Below, piece after piece: positions 36,462 to 49,162 of a stretch of DNA of 64,000 bases (positions are counted from its first letter, which is position 1; each line of letters begins with the position of its first letter). Below the pieces are notes generated by a model. It saw only the letters and a list, made by a program, of their open reading frames with translations, ran no database searches and had not been told where the DNA came from. A program made the position numbers and the translations under genes. This DNA is from Octopus sinensis. Taxonomy: Eukaryota. The DNA is taken from NCBI RefSeq assembly GCF_006345805.1, contig NC_043008.1, positions 55,738,001 through 55,802,000 of the forward strand. The letters are read 5' to 3'.

Positions 36462-37336
36462 GGATTTCAGACTATTGAGAGCCGAACATTGGCACGCTTT
36501 GCAAATGAATCCCAGCTTCAGAAGTCTGTAGCCGAATTCCGGGAAAACCATCCAGATTGGAAGTCTTTAGCTGCTTTCCTTCAGACACAAAGTACTGGTC
36601 GTCAGATTAAGAAGACCAAAAACACTAAAAGTAAAGCAGAAAAGAAAGTAAATATCCAGGCAAAGAAAGCTTTGGTGTCTAACTTCCTTGATGAAAAAGT
36701 TAATGAAATAGCAAGTGATGGTGATGGGGAGGAGGGAGAAGAGGAAGAGGAGGTCGCCTCAGGGGGTAAGAGTTTGATGCAAGAATGCAACGAGGATTCT
36801 TCAAAGCAGCCCAAAGAAAACATACCATCTGAATCTAACGTGAAAGAGACCAAAAAAATTAAAGAAGCGGGTGGGAAATCGAAAGACAAACAGGTGACAG
36901 GTGTTAAATTGAAATGCAAAGAGGAAAATGAATTAAAATCTAAAGATGCACAGGTGACAAGTGTAAAACCAAAGCAAAAAGAGAAACCGGATGTAAAATC
37001 AAAAAACAAACAATGTAAAGAAAGCACAAATAATGGAAATGTAAAAGATGCTGCGACAAACAAAAGCAAAAAACAAATGGTTGTAAAAAGAATTAATCTG
37101 GATGATTTTGGAAATGATGATATTTTTGTCAGCAATGATTTGTTGGGGACAAATTCTTCAGATAGCAATCAAACGTCAGAACGTGATCTTTTTGCCACAG
37201 CATCACATGCATCTAATTTCTCTGAAGACTCTTCGAGAAATTTCCAAGATGAAGACAATGACACTCCAGTATTCGCTAACCATTCTATGTTTATGTCTCT
37301 CTCTGACCCAATAGATTCAACAACAGAAGGAACACG
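36462..37336 (+). CDS. SRFBP1: SRFBP1 exon 5 (large K/E/S-rich exon)
   Basis: Lies within ORF 36450-37340. CACAG acceptor, starts GFQTIESRTLARFA (E.R..AR.A motif), 875 nt, CG|GTAAAT donor, phase 2. Confidence 0.9.
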
Positions 37337-37486
37337 GTAAATATGCATTTATTTTGTTAGTAACATGTTAGTAGAATATTTGACTCGTATAGGAGCAGCT
37401 TTGAAATTGTCATCTGATATATCTTCTGTTTTGAGACATTCCTTTTTGTTGTCAGTAAAGCCATTGAGTATAATATTATATTTTAA

Positions 37487-38149
37487 CCCCTTGATGCCGG
37501 TATTATCTGAAGCATGCGAGACACTGCTCCGGTTTTTTTATCTTATAAGGCCACACAAACACACAAGTGCCAACGAGCTCGCATCTATTTACTTTCACCG
37601 TTACAATAACTTAGCGTCGTACATTTATGTCAACCGGTTTATGAAAACGAACTATGTGAAGCTATTTATCATAATATGATATGCACGAGTTATTCGCGTG
37701 CAGCTGTGAAGGGAAATCATTGAATCACCATCCATGAGTTACCAGAGGATGTGCAGATTAGTTATGGTTCAGTTCAGTCCATTATCACAGAAGATTTGGG
37801 TATGAGACGCGTGTCTGCAAAGTTTGTGCAAAAACTGCTTTCAGCTAAAAAATAGCTTGCGTGTGGTACAACTCAAAACACGGTATTATGCATGTAAAGT
37901 ATCCGCATGTCGATTGGTCTACTGCTAGACTCATGACTCGAACGTAACCTAAAATAGCAAAGATAATGCACGGGAACGGCGAGCGCGTGCACCTCAAAAG
38001 ATAAAGTACACGATAGCGAATGTAAATATATGTCAGCTGCTAAAATGTCAGTGATAGATGTAGGGCAGCTCTAGATCGTATATTTACGTTAACCGCAGGT
38101 AGGCAAGCAAAAGTGTGATTGCATATTTGCGTCAACCATTGTCAAGGGG
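37487..38149. mobile_element. TTAA-flanked (piggyBac-type) MITE carrying a mariner fragment
   Basis: TTAA-CCCCTTGA...TCAAGGGG-TTAA. The internal ~37765-37845 segment encodes GSVQSIITEDLGMRRVSAKFVQKLLSA (mariner WVP-region-like). Confidence 0.7.
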
Positions 38150-39355
38150 TTAAACAAGGCCAGTATGGCTGTGTCCCTCAGCAGAGAAATATTTTGTTGG
38201 TTTTATATTTGTTTAGTCTCAAAGCATCCATGACTGATTTCTGTTAGTGTTTCTAGGCCTACTTTATCCAATGTAACTGGCCATCTTTTTATCTTTTTAA
38301 AATGGATGTCATTGGAGAGAGATTTGTCTACTATATTTAACATTGAATGACTATAGAGAGGCTCTCTTTCTCATTGGTTTGGACTAAACTGTCAAATCTG
38401 CAAGAGGAATATGTGGAAAAATAAACCTCATTTGGTCACATTTCATGAGAGTATCTTGGTCAGCCTTTGAACCTTTCAGTCTATCCTCATGTGTGTGTAT
38501 ATATATATAGGCACAGGAGTGGCTGTGTGGTAAGTAGCTTGCTTACCAACCACTTGGTTCCGGGTACAGTCCCACTGTGTGGCACCTTGGGCAAGTGTCT
38601 TCTACTATAGCCTCGGGCCGACCAAAGCCTTGTGAATGGATTTGGTAGACAGAAACTGAAAGAAGCCCATCGTGTATATGTATATGTGTGTGTGTGTTTG
38701 ACTCCACCCCCTCCCAACATCACTTGATAACCGATGCTGGTGTGTTTACGTCCCTGTAACTTAGCGGTTTGGCAAAAGAGACCGTTAGAATAAGTACTAG
38801 TCTTCCAAAGAATAAGTCCTGGAGTCGATTTGCTCGACTAACAGCAGTGCTCCAGCATGGCCACAGTCAAATGACCAAAACAAGTAAAAGAGCAGGTGTA
38901 GCTGTGAGTTTGAGAAGCTTGCTTTTCAATCATATGCTCAAAGGTTCAGTCCCATTGTGTGGCACCTGTTGAGGAAATATGTTCTGACTAGGGAAAATAT
39001 TATATTACTTGGAGGAGGAGTGGCTACTACAGTGAGTGTTGTTGACTATTCTTCATGGTAGCACCATCGTGGTCATCACCACAAGGCACGGCTGAGTACA
39101 CCATGTGTTTTGGGGTATGTGGCCCTTATCCCCTCCCTCTCCATCTTCTGTTGCTTAATCCATTAGCATTTAAACTGGCTATATCTGGCCCAAATATTCT
39201 TCCTGTTTTATGTTCAACCTGGCCAGATCTGGCATATCACACCTACCTGACAATGTCATTCTAAACACAAACAGTCGCATCATAGCAATCTGAAAGTTAC
39301 AAGGTAAATGCATGAGTGATTCAAAATGATATGGATGTATAAGCATTACATTTGT

Positions 39356-39650
39356 GGAGGCACATGGCCTAGTGGTTAGAGCAGTGGACTTGTGGTCGAG
39401 GGATTGCGGGTTCGAATCTCAGACCGGACAATGTGTGTGTTTGTGAGCGAAACACGTAAGCTCCACGCGGCTCCGGCAGAAGGTAATGGTGAACTTCTTC
39501 TGACTCTTTCGCCACAACTTTCTCTCACTCTTTCCTCCTGCATCTTGCAGCTCACCTGCAACGGACCGGTGTCCTATCCAGGTGGGGAACCTATACACCA
39601 AGGAAACCGGTCCTATGAGCTAGGCATAGCTTGAGAAGGAACAAACAACA
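39356..39650 (+). mobile_element. tRNA-derived SINE family D
   Basis: GGAGGCACATGGCCTAGTGGTTAGAGCAG...GGTTCGAATCTC A/B boxes. Copies at ~27105-27375 (minus) and a related one at 57776-58140. Confidence 0.8.
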
Positions 39651-39987
39651 TTTGACAGAATAATCTGAATGCTAAAGGGTTAAATCCCTCTTCTTTTTTC
39701 CTTTATCTTTTTCTGTTTCTTTGTATTTAAATGTTATAATGTAAAATGTAATCAGTTGATTCAATAAATAATGGTTAAACACTGTGACGGTTCGCAACAA
39801 GAGCATTTGATCACAGAAAAATCTACCTCAACAAATTTTGTCTGACCCATGCAAGCATGGAAAAGTGGATGTTAAAAGATGATGATGTGTGTGTGTGCAT
39901 ATATATATATATATAGTGTATATAATGGTGTGTGTGTGTGTATATATATAGTTTTAATCCAAACGGGAAAACAAAAAAACAACAACA

Positions 39988-40029
<42 letters not shown>

Positions 40030-40411
40030 TATATAATGTATATTATATAGGTAAAGGTGTGGCTGCGTGGTAAGAAACTTGCTTCCCAACCACATGGTTC
40101 TGGGATCAGTCACTTGAGCAAGTGTTTTCTACTATAGCCTTGGGTGGATTTGGTAGATGGAAACTGAGAGAAACCTATCATGTATGTGTGTGTCTGTTTG
40201 TCCCCCACTGGTACTGGTGTTTTTACATTTCCATAAGTTAGCAGTTCAGCCAAAGAGAATGATAGAATAAAAGCACTGAGGATGATTCATTCAACTAAAC
40301 TTCTTCAAAGGACTGCCCCAGTATGGCCGCAGTCTAATGACTGAAACAAGTAAAAGAATGAAAGAATATATGCATGTATTTATAATATTAAATGTTGTGT
40401 TTTACTTTCAG

Positions 40412-40827
40412 ATTCGGTGGCAGAGGTGGCAGGCGTGGTTATGGCTCATCGTTTGGTCGATCAAGTTATTCTGAGTATGGAAAAAGAGGAGGAGGTGGGC
40501 GAGGAACATCGACGTACAGAGACCAAGACAATACAGGGTACAGAGGGAGAGGCGCTGGATATAACCGAGGCCAAGGGAGAGACGGTAGACCTAATCAAGA
40601 AGGATTTGACCAAGGAAGAAGGGGTCGAGGAGGAAGAGGAGGAGACTCAGGATATGGACGGGGCCGAGGAGGAAGGGGAGGAGACTCAGGATATGGAAGG
40701 GGTCGAGGGGGAAGAGAAGACTCAGGAAATAGACAATTTGGAAGAAATGATACTTTTACCAACAAAAGAGATTTTCATGAAAGAAATTCATTTCAGAAAG
40801 GAAACTCCAACACAAAAGACAACAAAG
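40412..40827 (+). CDS. SRFBP1: SRFBP1 exon 6 (RGG/GY-rich)
   Basis: TTTACTTTCAG acceptor, 416 nt, phase 2 to 1 fits both neighbours, FGGRGGRRGYG...NTKDNK, G|GTAATT donor. Confidence 0.85.
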
Positions 40828-41169
40828 GTAATTTTTGTTCTTACTTCCTCACCTTGATTTGAACTCTTATATCTGACATTGTTGTATCTTTCATTCACTG
40901 CTTCACTCTTTGAGATGTTTCCCTTCATGGAGAAGGAAACCTGAGTGAAGAGAAGTCAATCAAGTTGCTTTGATGTTCTTATGTTTGTTTGTTTATAAGC
41001 TCAGGCATGGATGTTCAGTTAAAAAGTTCATTTCCCCACAAAGTGGTTGTGTGTTCAGTTCCACTGTGAAGCATCTCAGGCTGTTGCCTTTGGTTGACCA
41101 AAGCTTTGTGGGTGGTTTTGGCAGAAGGAAACTGAAAGAAGCCCATCATATATAAATGCATGTGTATCT

Positions 41170-41640
41170 CACTTTGCTTCACTTCATGCTCTTGCTTGAT
41201 GTGGCCGGAATCATCCCGGGTTAGTGGTCTCAGAGATATCATGATGCATAGAGCCAGCCATGTCCACCAGGGCTCTCTGTTGCTGATGTTCTGTACCAGC
41301 TCCTCTGCATCCTCCAAGATGACATTAAGTGTTTGTAGATCTTCCTTAATCATGTCCAGCCATCTGGTAAGGGGCCTGTCATGAGGCCTCCTCCTGCCCA
41401 CAGCTGCTGTGTCAAATGAGAGTGAAACCCTGGTAGGATGATCTAGTGGGAGATGGTGGACATGTTTGTATCAGCACATGCATCAGACAGCTATGAGGTG
41501 GGAGGCTGCAGGCCGAGGTGTGCATGCATGCAGTTCTTTGCTGGAAACATGCCGGTACCATCTGATGTTCTCAGGGGGTCTGCTATCAAAGCTGTCAATC
41601 CTCATTGCCAGGGTCTTTGAGAAGGGCCACATTTCTGCTC
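41170..41640 (-). mobile_element. Decayed RTE-like LINE fragment
   Basis: Minus-strand remnant with ...RPLTRWLDMIKEDL (ORF 41015-41401). Confidence 0.6.
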
Positions 41641-42221
41641 CATAGAGGAGAATGGAGAGGACCGATGCATTGTAGATGCATTTGTTTATATTTCTCCTTT
41701 GAATATTTTGAGCTCCCCTATCAGCAAATCATCCACTGGCTTTGTGCTTTCAAAGACAAAATGAGATCTGTTTGGCAAACAGGTAAACAGTAAGTGACTG
41801 AAAACATCTGGCTGTAAAGCAAATGCCTCAACCATCCGTTCATCTAATGAATGCAAGCCTGGGAAAATGGATATAAAAACCAGTGAAACAATTTTTTATA
41901 GATATTTGTCCTCATCTTTGTTGTTAACACATTTCGGTTGATATACCCTCCAGCCTTCATCAGGTTCTCATTCCTAAGGTATTTTTCAGGCATATGGCGT
42001 AGTTATTATTATTATTATTATTCAGGTCACTGCCTGGAATCGAACTTGGAATCTTGGGGTTAGTAGCCCACACTCTTAACCTCTACGACATATGCCCATG
42101 GGCAATTTGGAGTGAATTATTTGGTAGCCATGACTAAACTCTGAGTTTCGGATGTCAGGGCAGAAACCCATGCTGCCATCTCTTCAGTTATTTAACGGTA
42201 ATTTTCATAGCATTTTTCTGA

Positions 42222-42296
42222 TGGCCAGATAACTGAAGAGATGGTCGCTTAGGTTTCCGCACCTGACATCCGAAACTCGGATTTTTATCATGGCCA
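42222..42296 (+). ncRNA. Type I hammerhead ribozyme-like motif (Penelope-type), one arm of an inverted pair
   Basis: Stem I TGGCCA-GATAA/TTATC-TGGCCA, CTGAAGA at 42233-42239, stem II GATG...CATC, then CGAAAC. Inverted copy at 42125-42191, third copy at 3620-3692. Confidence 0.5.
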
Positions 42297-42339
42297 CCGA
42301 ATAATTGTCACATGTTATATTCACAGATACATATATATA

Positions 42340-42737
42340 CTAGAAGTATAGCCCAGAATTGCTCGGTTTGTTTTCTTTTCGACCCTTTAGAATTGGAATT
42401 TTTGAAAAGTAAAATTTTTGCATTATGTAGCTTGTTGTTCTCTGTAAGTGAACATTTTTCTGGTTGAAATACACCAAAAAATGGCGACATAGCAGTAAAA
42501 AAAATCATAAAAAATAGGGATTTTCATAGAAAAAAAGCACCTTTTTGATGTAAATAATTTTTGGTGTTAACATGGTCTGATATGAATTTTTTCTTCTATG
42601 GAAGGATGAGCAAGCCTTCTATCTTACTCTCAATTTTGGTCAACTTGCACCGCAGGGTCTCAGAGGAGATAGTGTTAGTTAGAGGCTACCAAACCTGCCA
42701 CACACAGACAACTTCAGCTTTATATATATATATATGA
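42340..42737 (-). mobile_element. Non-autonomous Helitron-like element
   Basis: Minus strand TC(ATAT..)AAAGCTGAAGTTGTCTGTGTG start, CCGAGCAATTCTGGG hairpin, CTAG end. Shares the TGCGGTGCA...ACCAAA segment with 5651-6165. Confidence 0.75.
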
Positions 42738-42973
42738 TACCTTCTTTCAGTTTCCATCTCCCATATCCACTCACAAAGCTTTGGTAGGCCTGAGGCTATA
42801 ATAGAAGGTGCTTGCTCAAGGTTCTACACAGTGGGACTGAACTCAGAACCATGTGATTGGGAAGCGAACTTCTCACCACACGCCCATGCCTGCACCAACT
42901 ATGTTGTTTACATTTCTGCAATTACTTGCAATCAAGAAAAGATTAATTTCTGTTTTTGTAAAATCACTTGCAG

Positions 42974-43086
42974 GTGTTTCCAGTAAAACGTTACACCCTT
43001 CCTGGGAAGCCAGTCGGAAAAGAAAACTAGAAATATCCGGTGTAAATGCATTTCAAGGTAAAAAAATAACATTTAGCGATGATTAA
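42974..43086 (+). CDS. SRFBP1: SRFBP1 terminal exon 7
   Basis: TTGCAG acceptor; (G)[36 protein letters not shown]-stop contains the diagnostic BUD22/SRFBP1 C-terminus LHPSWEA...FQGKKITF.D. Spliced CDS totals 1764 nt (587 aa). Confidence 0.95.
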
Positions 43087-43382
43087 AAATATTTTTTCTA
43101 CATATCTACTGTTGTTGTTGTTATTTCATCTTAGTTGAACCATCACCAAACAGACCTTTGATCAAAGGCCACCATCTTGTCTTTTGTTCTGATTTGAGAG
43201 TATCTAAAGTAATTTTTTTGGAAAATGGTAGGATGTGATTTGCGAAAGAATTGGGTGCTGTTTTTAGCAGGTTGAGTGATTGCGTTGAAGACCACATTAA
43301 TATTCCATGTTTTATGACAAATGTTCTTTATTGATATTTTGATGTATATATTTCTACATTTTTAAAACATTGTTTCATTATG

Positions 43383-43783
43383 TAGGTGTAGGAGTGGCTG
43401 TGTGGTAAGTAGCTTGCTTATGAACCACATGGCTCCAGGTTCAGTCCCACTGTGTGGCACCTTGGGCAAGTGTCTACTACTATAGCCTCGGGCCGACCAA
43501 AGCCTTGTGAGTGGATTTGGTAGACGGAAACTGAAAGAAGCCCGTCATATATATGTATGTATGTGTGTGTGTGTATATGTTTGTGATCTGTGTTTGCCCC
43601 CTCGACATCGCTTGACAACTGATGCTGGTGTTTACGTCCCCATAACTTAGCGATTCGGCAAAAGAGACCGTTAGAATAAGTACTAGGCTTACAAAGAATA
43701 AGTCCTGGGGTCGATTTGCTCGACTAAAGGCGGTGCTCCAGCATGGCCACAGTCAAATGACAAACAAATACGAGTAAAAGAGT
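43383..43783 (+). mobile_element. SINE family B copy
   Basis: Near-full-length match to 6658-7040; a partial inverted copy follows at ~43980-44195. Confidence 0.85.
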
Positions 43784-43997
43784 GAAAAGAAATGGTTACA
43801 GTTTAAAACTTTAAATTCACCATTTTTGGTGCTGCTTCACCATGCAGTGTCCATAGTTTACACTGTAAAATGACCTGATCTGGGTCAGGGTTAGGTTTAA
43901 ACTATACACTAAAGTATAAATAGCCAGGTAGACCGCACACTGAAGTGGCACCCCAATTTTTAATTATTTTTATACGTTGGGGGGACAAACACAGATT

Positions 43998-44033
<36 letters not shown>

Positions 44034-47000
44034 CAACGGGCTTCTTTCAGTTTCCGTCTACCAAATCCACAGGGCTTTGGTTAGCCCGAGGCTATAGTAG
44101 AAGATACTCGCCCAAGGTGCCACACAGTGGAAATGAACCTGGGTCCATGTGGTTGGTAAGCAAGCTACTTACCACACAACTACTCTTGCACCTATAAAGA
44201 TACTGTGTTGCAGTGAATGAAAATTAGTTTTTCCTGATTGAATCATATGGTTGAAATCTTCAATAATGAAAGAAGCTTGAAAATTTCATTTTGATTCAGA
44301 ATATTACAACTGAAAATTGAAGAACTTTTTAGACAGTGCAGACTCTTATAATTGCTTTCTTTTAGTAAAAGTTACTCATAACCAATTAATTAACAGCTTT
44401 TTGTAGGAGTGGCTGTGTGGTAAGTAGCTTGCTTACGAACCACATGGTATTGGGTTCAGTTGCACCTTGGGCAAGTATCTTCTACTATAGCCTCGGGCCG
44501 ACCAAAGCCTTGTGAGTGGATTTGGTAGGCCAAAACTGAAAGAAGCCTGTCATATATGTGTGTCTGTGTTTGTCCCCCCCAACATTGCTTGACAACCAAT
44601 AGTGGTCGGCAAAAGAAGCCGATAGAATAAGTACTAGGATTACAAAGAATAAGTCCTGGGGTCAATTTGCTCAACTAAAGGCGGTGCTCCAGCATGGCTA
44701 CAGTCACATGACTGAAGCAAGTAAAAGAGAATAAAGAATATATAGTAATACATGCTGAGAAAAAGATGGTGATGGAACTTCTATAAAATCTCTTAATCCT
44801 GTAAAGGAAACATGGAGGTTTGTGCAAGGTATTCACCTTCGCCATCATCATTTAAAAATCTCCATTTCATGCTGTATTGGGTTGGACAGAATCTGACTAG
44901 GCTGAGGGCTGCATTGGTCTCCAAAGTCTACTTTGACATGGTTTTTATGGCAGGATGCCTTTCCTAATTGCCAACCACCTTAGAGAGTGTACAGGGTGTT
45001 TTTTCTCATGGCACTTGTAAGACAAGACTCCTTGACATGATGGAGGTGGCTTTGTGTCAGGTGGTGAGAGGTCAAAGAATGATAGATGGGCATAAATGGG
45101 TCGCTTGCTGTCGTGGAGATACATGGCTACCCTATAATGAAAGAGAAAAAGAATGATGGTGATGAGGTATCTGAGTATACCTCCAAGGTATAAGAAGGTG
45201 AACAGAGAATCAAGGATGGCCAGATGGGTAAGTAGGTTTGCAAGAGGGTAAAAGGAGAGACAGACGTCTCGTTAGGATGACTTGTCGGAGGGAGGTGATT
45301 CTGCACTGGTGTCGCACCGAATTGTTGGAGACAGCTTTGGCTGGGTCATACCCTCCGTCGTCAACCAGGAGAATTCATCTATGAAGCAATTGCCCCAGCT
45401 CCCCTTCAGGGTTGGCGAAAGCGATGTGGTGGACAACGAAAAACCTGGCTAATGACAGTCAAGGCTGATCTGGAACCCAACCGAGCCCCCATGTCTATGG
45501 TGTTCGCCACTGGAATAAGGAGTGGTTGGAGATCACGCGGTCGTTTGCCTCAAATCGCCAGGCCTGGTTGGCGTTTGTGAGATGCAGCATTGAGGATGAA
45601 AGAAGCCAGCTCAACCCACCCCGGGTGAATGCTGTGAGAAGAAAGGAGAGACAGACAACTGGTAGAGGTGACAACAGATGATAATACATACATAAAAAAA
45701 CAAAGGGGTGGAGCATTAAGAAAAAAGAAGAAAAAAATCAAATGTAATGTAAAAAATGTGCAGAAAAATAAGCCATGGAAAAAAATATTATTTGATAACA
45801 ATTTTTTTCAGTATAAATAATTTATTGTTGCACAATAACTTTACATATGTCATTTTATTTTTGTTTCTTGCCTTGTAAAATTATTTTTGGAAAGTTATTT
45901 AATCAACAAGAGAAAAAAAAAACCCATAGATCTATTATTGAGATCCGTGTAAAAAGTACTATTTTGGGGGGTAGTTTCCGGTTTAACAGGAAAACAATTT
46001 TGCATTCATAGTGAAATTTTTTGGTTCTGGGAAATCACAGAGTTAATTGTAACGAGGCTGGAATGGATTAAAATCTTCTGCCGGCTGAAAAAGAAAATAA
46101 AACAATGTTGGAATTCTTTATTTAAATTGGTTAAAAAACAAGAAAAAAAATGGCATTATCTATAACATGAAATAACAGGTTCTGAAGTTAGTTCTTTGTA
46201 TCCTTTCATCAGTTCTGCATGCTGTAAATAATTAAAACTTTTGATATATCCATTCAAAATTTCATTACTCTTAACCATGGAAAGCAATTATATATACCAA
46301 TCTATCTTTTACTGAGGAATGCCATGATTGAAAGAAATTTCTGTTGAGATGTCAAGACGTGACTTGCAGAAAATACCAATTCTGTTTTTTCATAGATATT
46401 TAATAGCATTACTGGAATAACCACGGAACTTAATTTCGCAATTAAAGAGTTAAGACATTTAGGTGCCGGTATGGCTGTGTGGTTCAGAAGTTTGTTTCCC
46501 AATCACTTGGTTTTGGGTTCAGTTCCACTGCATAGCACTTTGAGCAAGTGTCTTCTACTGTGGCCCCAGGCCAACCAAAGCCTTCTGAGTGGTAGACAGA
46601 TAACTGAGAGATCCTCTATATATATTATATCAGTGCATAGACTTGTGCTTCCTATGGGTATAAGGGCTTTTAGCTCTTATTTCTAGCAATCTAAGTGCTA
46701 CCCTGCACTATCAGTCATAATTAGTGACTTGAATTTTTACCTTTTAGGTTTTATATTGCATATAGCTGCCTTCATTATTTTATATATATATATATATATT
46801 ACAACAAAATTTTATATAGAGTTACCCAAGGTTTCGCACTCACGAAGCCAAAACTTTGGGTAACCCTATATAAAATTTTGTTGTAATAATTAATGCTCTA
46901 CTTTTTAGAGCGTGCTTCTTTCTGATATATGTTTTTTTTATTAACTATATATATACCATCATTGTTTAATATCTGTTTTCCCATGCTGGCATATGTTGGA

Positions 47001-47678
47001 CGGTTTGACAAACTATCGACCTAATTGTGCTGCACCAAGCTTCAATGTCTCCTTTGGCATAGCTTCTACAACTGGATGCCCTTCCAATCACTAACCAGTG
47101 TATTGGGTCCTTTTTTCATTTTTTGTGGCACTAGCATTAACAAGATCACCAAGTACTCACAAGACAAGACCTCCTCAACAGAGTAGAGTATTGGAAGAAG
47201 TGAAAATATGATGGAGAGACTGCAACAGGTGTCTTGCTGCAGAGGAGAACAAGGTTTCACCAGCTGGAAAGAGAGAGATGAAGGGAGCATACCCTTATGG
47301 TACAAGGTGAATGTGAGAAAGGCTATGAACAGAGGAAATGGAAAGGGTGGGTGAGCAGGTAAGTTTGTGAGACTATGACATGATTTGAGATAGGGATTGA
47401 GTTGGATGCAGTGAATATCAGTTTGGGGGAGGAGAAATGAAGGTAATGGGAGTGGGTCAGGGAGAAGGAGGTGACGAAGAATAGTAATTAGGATATAATG
47501 TGAAGTGTAGAAGGATGATAAATGGTATCACTTACAGCACCTGATTGAGTGGTACCTCAATTAGAAGACTGATGTAGAAATGGGTGTTGGAAGATGAGTT
47601 ATGAACAAAGAATTGATAGGGGCGGCATTTAAACTGAGATGGATAGGTTTTTTCAAGCATGGCATATTGCTATTTAGC

Positions 47679-47711
<33 letters not shown>

Positions 47712-47819
47712 TGTGCATGGGTGTATTTGTGTCCTCTTGCCTTGACATCACATGATAGTCATACTAGCAGTATCCTTTGTTTCCTATTCCCCATGGAAAC
47801 ATGTCTGGCCATGAGCAAG

Positions 47820-48865
47820 TACCGTGTTTTCCAGCATACAAGTCAACTTTATCAGACCAAGTTATAAACCAAGAAACTTTGGAGGACCAAAAATTCCATG
47901 TGAAACAGAGCAGGATTTGGAAAGACCGTGACAATGCTTGAATGTTTACACTATATACAATGTTGACTTGTATGTCGGAAAATACAATATCTTTACTCAC
48001 ATCATGGATATCACAAATAGTCTAGATCAGTGTTTCTTAATCATATTTTTTTAACTATGGACCCCTTAAATTTCTATTTTACTCGGATGGACCCTCCTAT
48101 CAATTTGATGTTTTAAAAAATCCTATTATAGTTTTACAATTAAATATTATTAGGAACTGTACAAAAAATTGTTCAAAATATTTTGTGTGCTGTAGAAGTA
48201 CAGCAAAATTATTGCACATAGATTTTAACAACAAAATTTTATATGGACCCTAGTTGGAATCACAGAAATATAGCAGTGATTCTACTTATAGTATTTTCCA
48301 GCATACAAGTTGAAATTTTCAGAGAAAAATTTACAACCCAAAATAATAGGTCAACTTATACACGAAGATGACTTTGGGGAAGCAAAGATTCTTTGTGAAA
48401 TACAGCAGGATTTGAAAAGATAGTGATGATGTTTGCATGTTTACACTATATACAACATTGACTTTATCATCATCGTTTAACGTCCACTTTCCATGCTAGC
48501 ATGGATTGGACGGTTTGACCGGAGTCTGGGAAGCCTGATCTGGCAGTGTTTCTACAGGTGGATGCCCTTCCTAATGCCAACCACATCTTTACTCACACCA
48601 TGAATATCACAACAAATAGTCTAGATGATATAGATATATACATAGATGTTCGATATTGATTGCACACACTGTACTTTCCAGCATATATGTCAAATTTTTC
48701 AGACTAAAATGTACAGCCAAAAACAAAGGTAGGTCAATTTATATACCAAGATGACTTTGGAAGACCAGAAATTCCTTGTAAAATGCAGCAGGAATTAGAG
48801 GGACAGAGACGATGTCTGAATGTTTACACTATATATAATGACTTGTATACCAGAAAATTCAGTAT
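47820..48865. repeat. Three tandem copies of a ~170-200-bp TA-flanked MITE plus flank
   Basis: TACCGTGTTTTCCAGCATACAAG...CTTGTATG.CGGAAAATAC at 47820-47990, 48288-48465 and 48668-48865. Further copies at 49838-50035 (inverted) and 51150-51299. Confidence 0.75.
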
Positions 48866-49119
48866 TACCTTGCTTGGAAACAAGTAAGGGTTAACAACAA
48901 GAAGGAGTTCAAGCTATAGAAATGAATTCTGTCTGACCAAATTAAGCATGTAAACATGAATGTTAAAGTGATGATGAAGATAATGATGATGACAAATATC
49001 AACTTCCAACTACACATAACTCTTAATAGGATCTGAAAGGTGGGATGAAGTTGTTTGACCCCAGGTCAACTCTGAACAAGAAAATCAACAATCAAAAGTA
49101 TTCTAGTCTGAAGCAGTTC

Positions 49120-49162
<43 letters not shown>

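Noticed and set aside
36602-37168. 188-aa antisense ORF
   Set aside because: Shadow of the K/E-rich SRFBP1 exon 5 with F/L/S-rich composition.
39356-39430. tRNA-like sequences (also at 17145-17217, 27305-27375, 35630-35700, 57776-57845)
   Set aside because: They continue into repeat bodies and lack a proper acceptor stem or terminator, so they are SINE heads, not tRNA genes.
40417-40857. Glu-rich alternative-frame ORF over the RGG exon
   Set aside because: A purine-rich repeat lacks stops by composition, and splice phases select the RGG frame.
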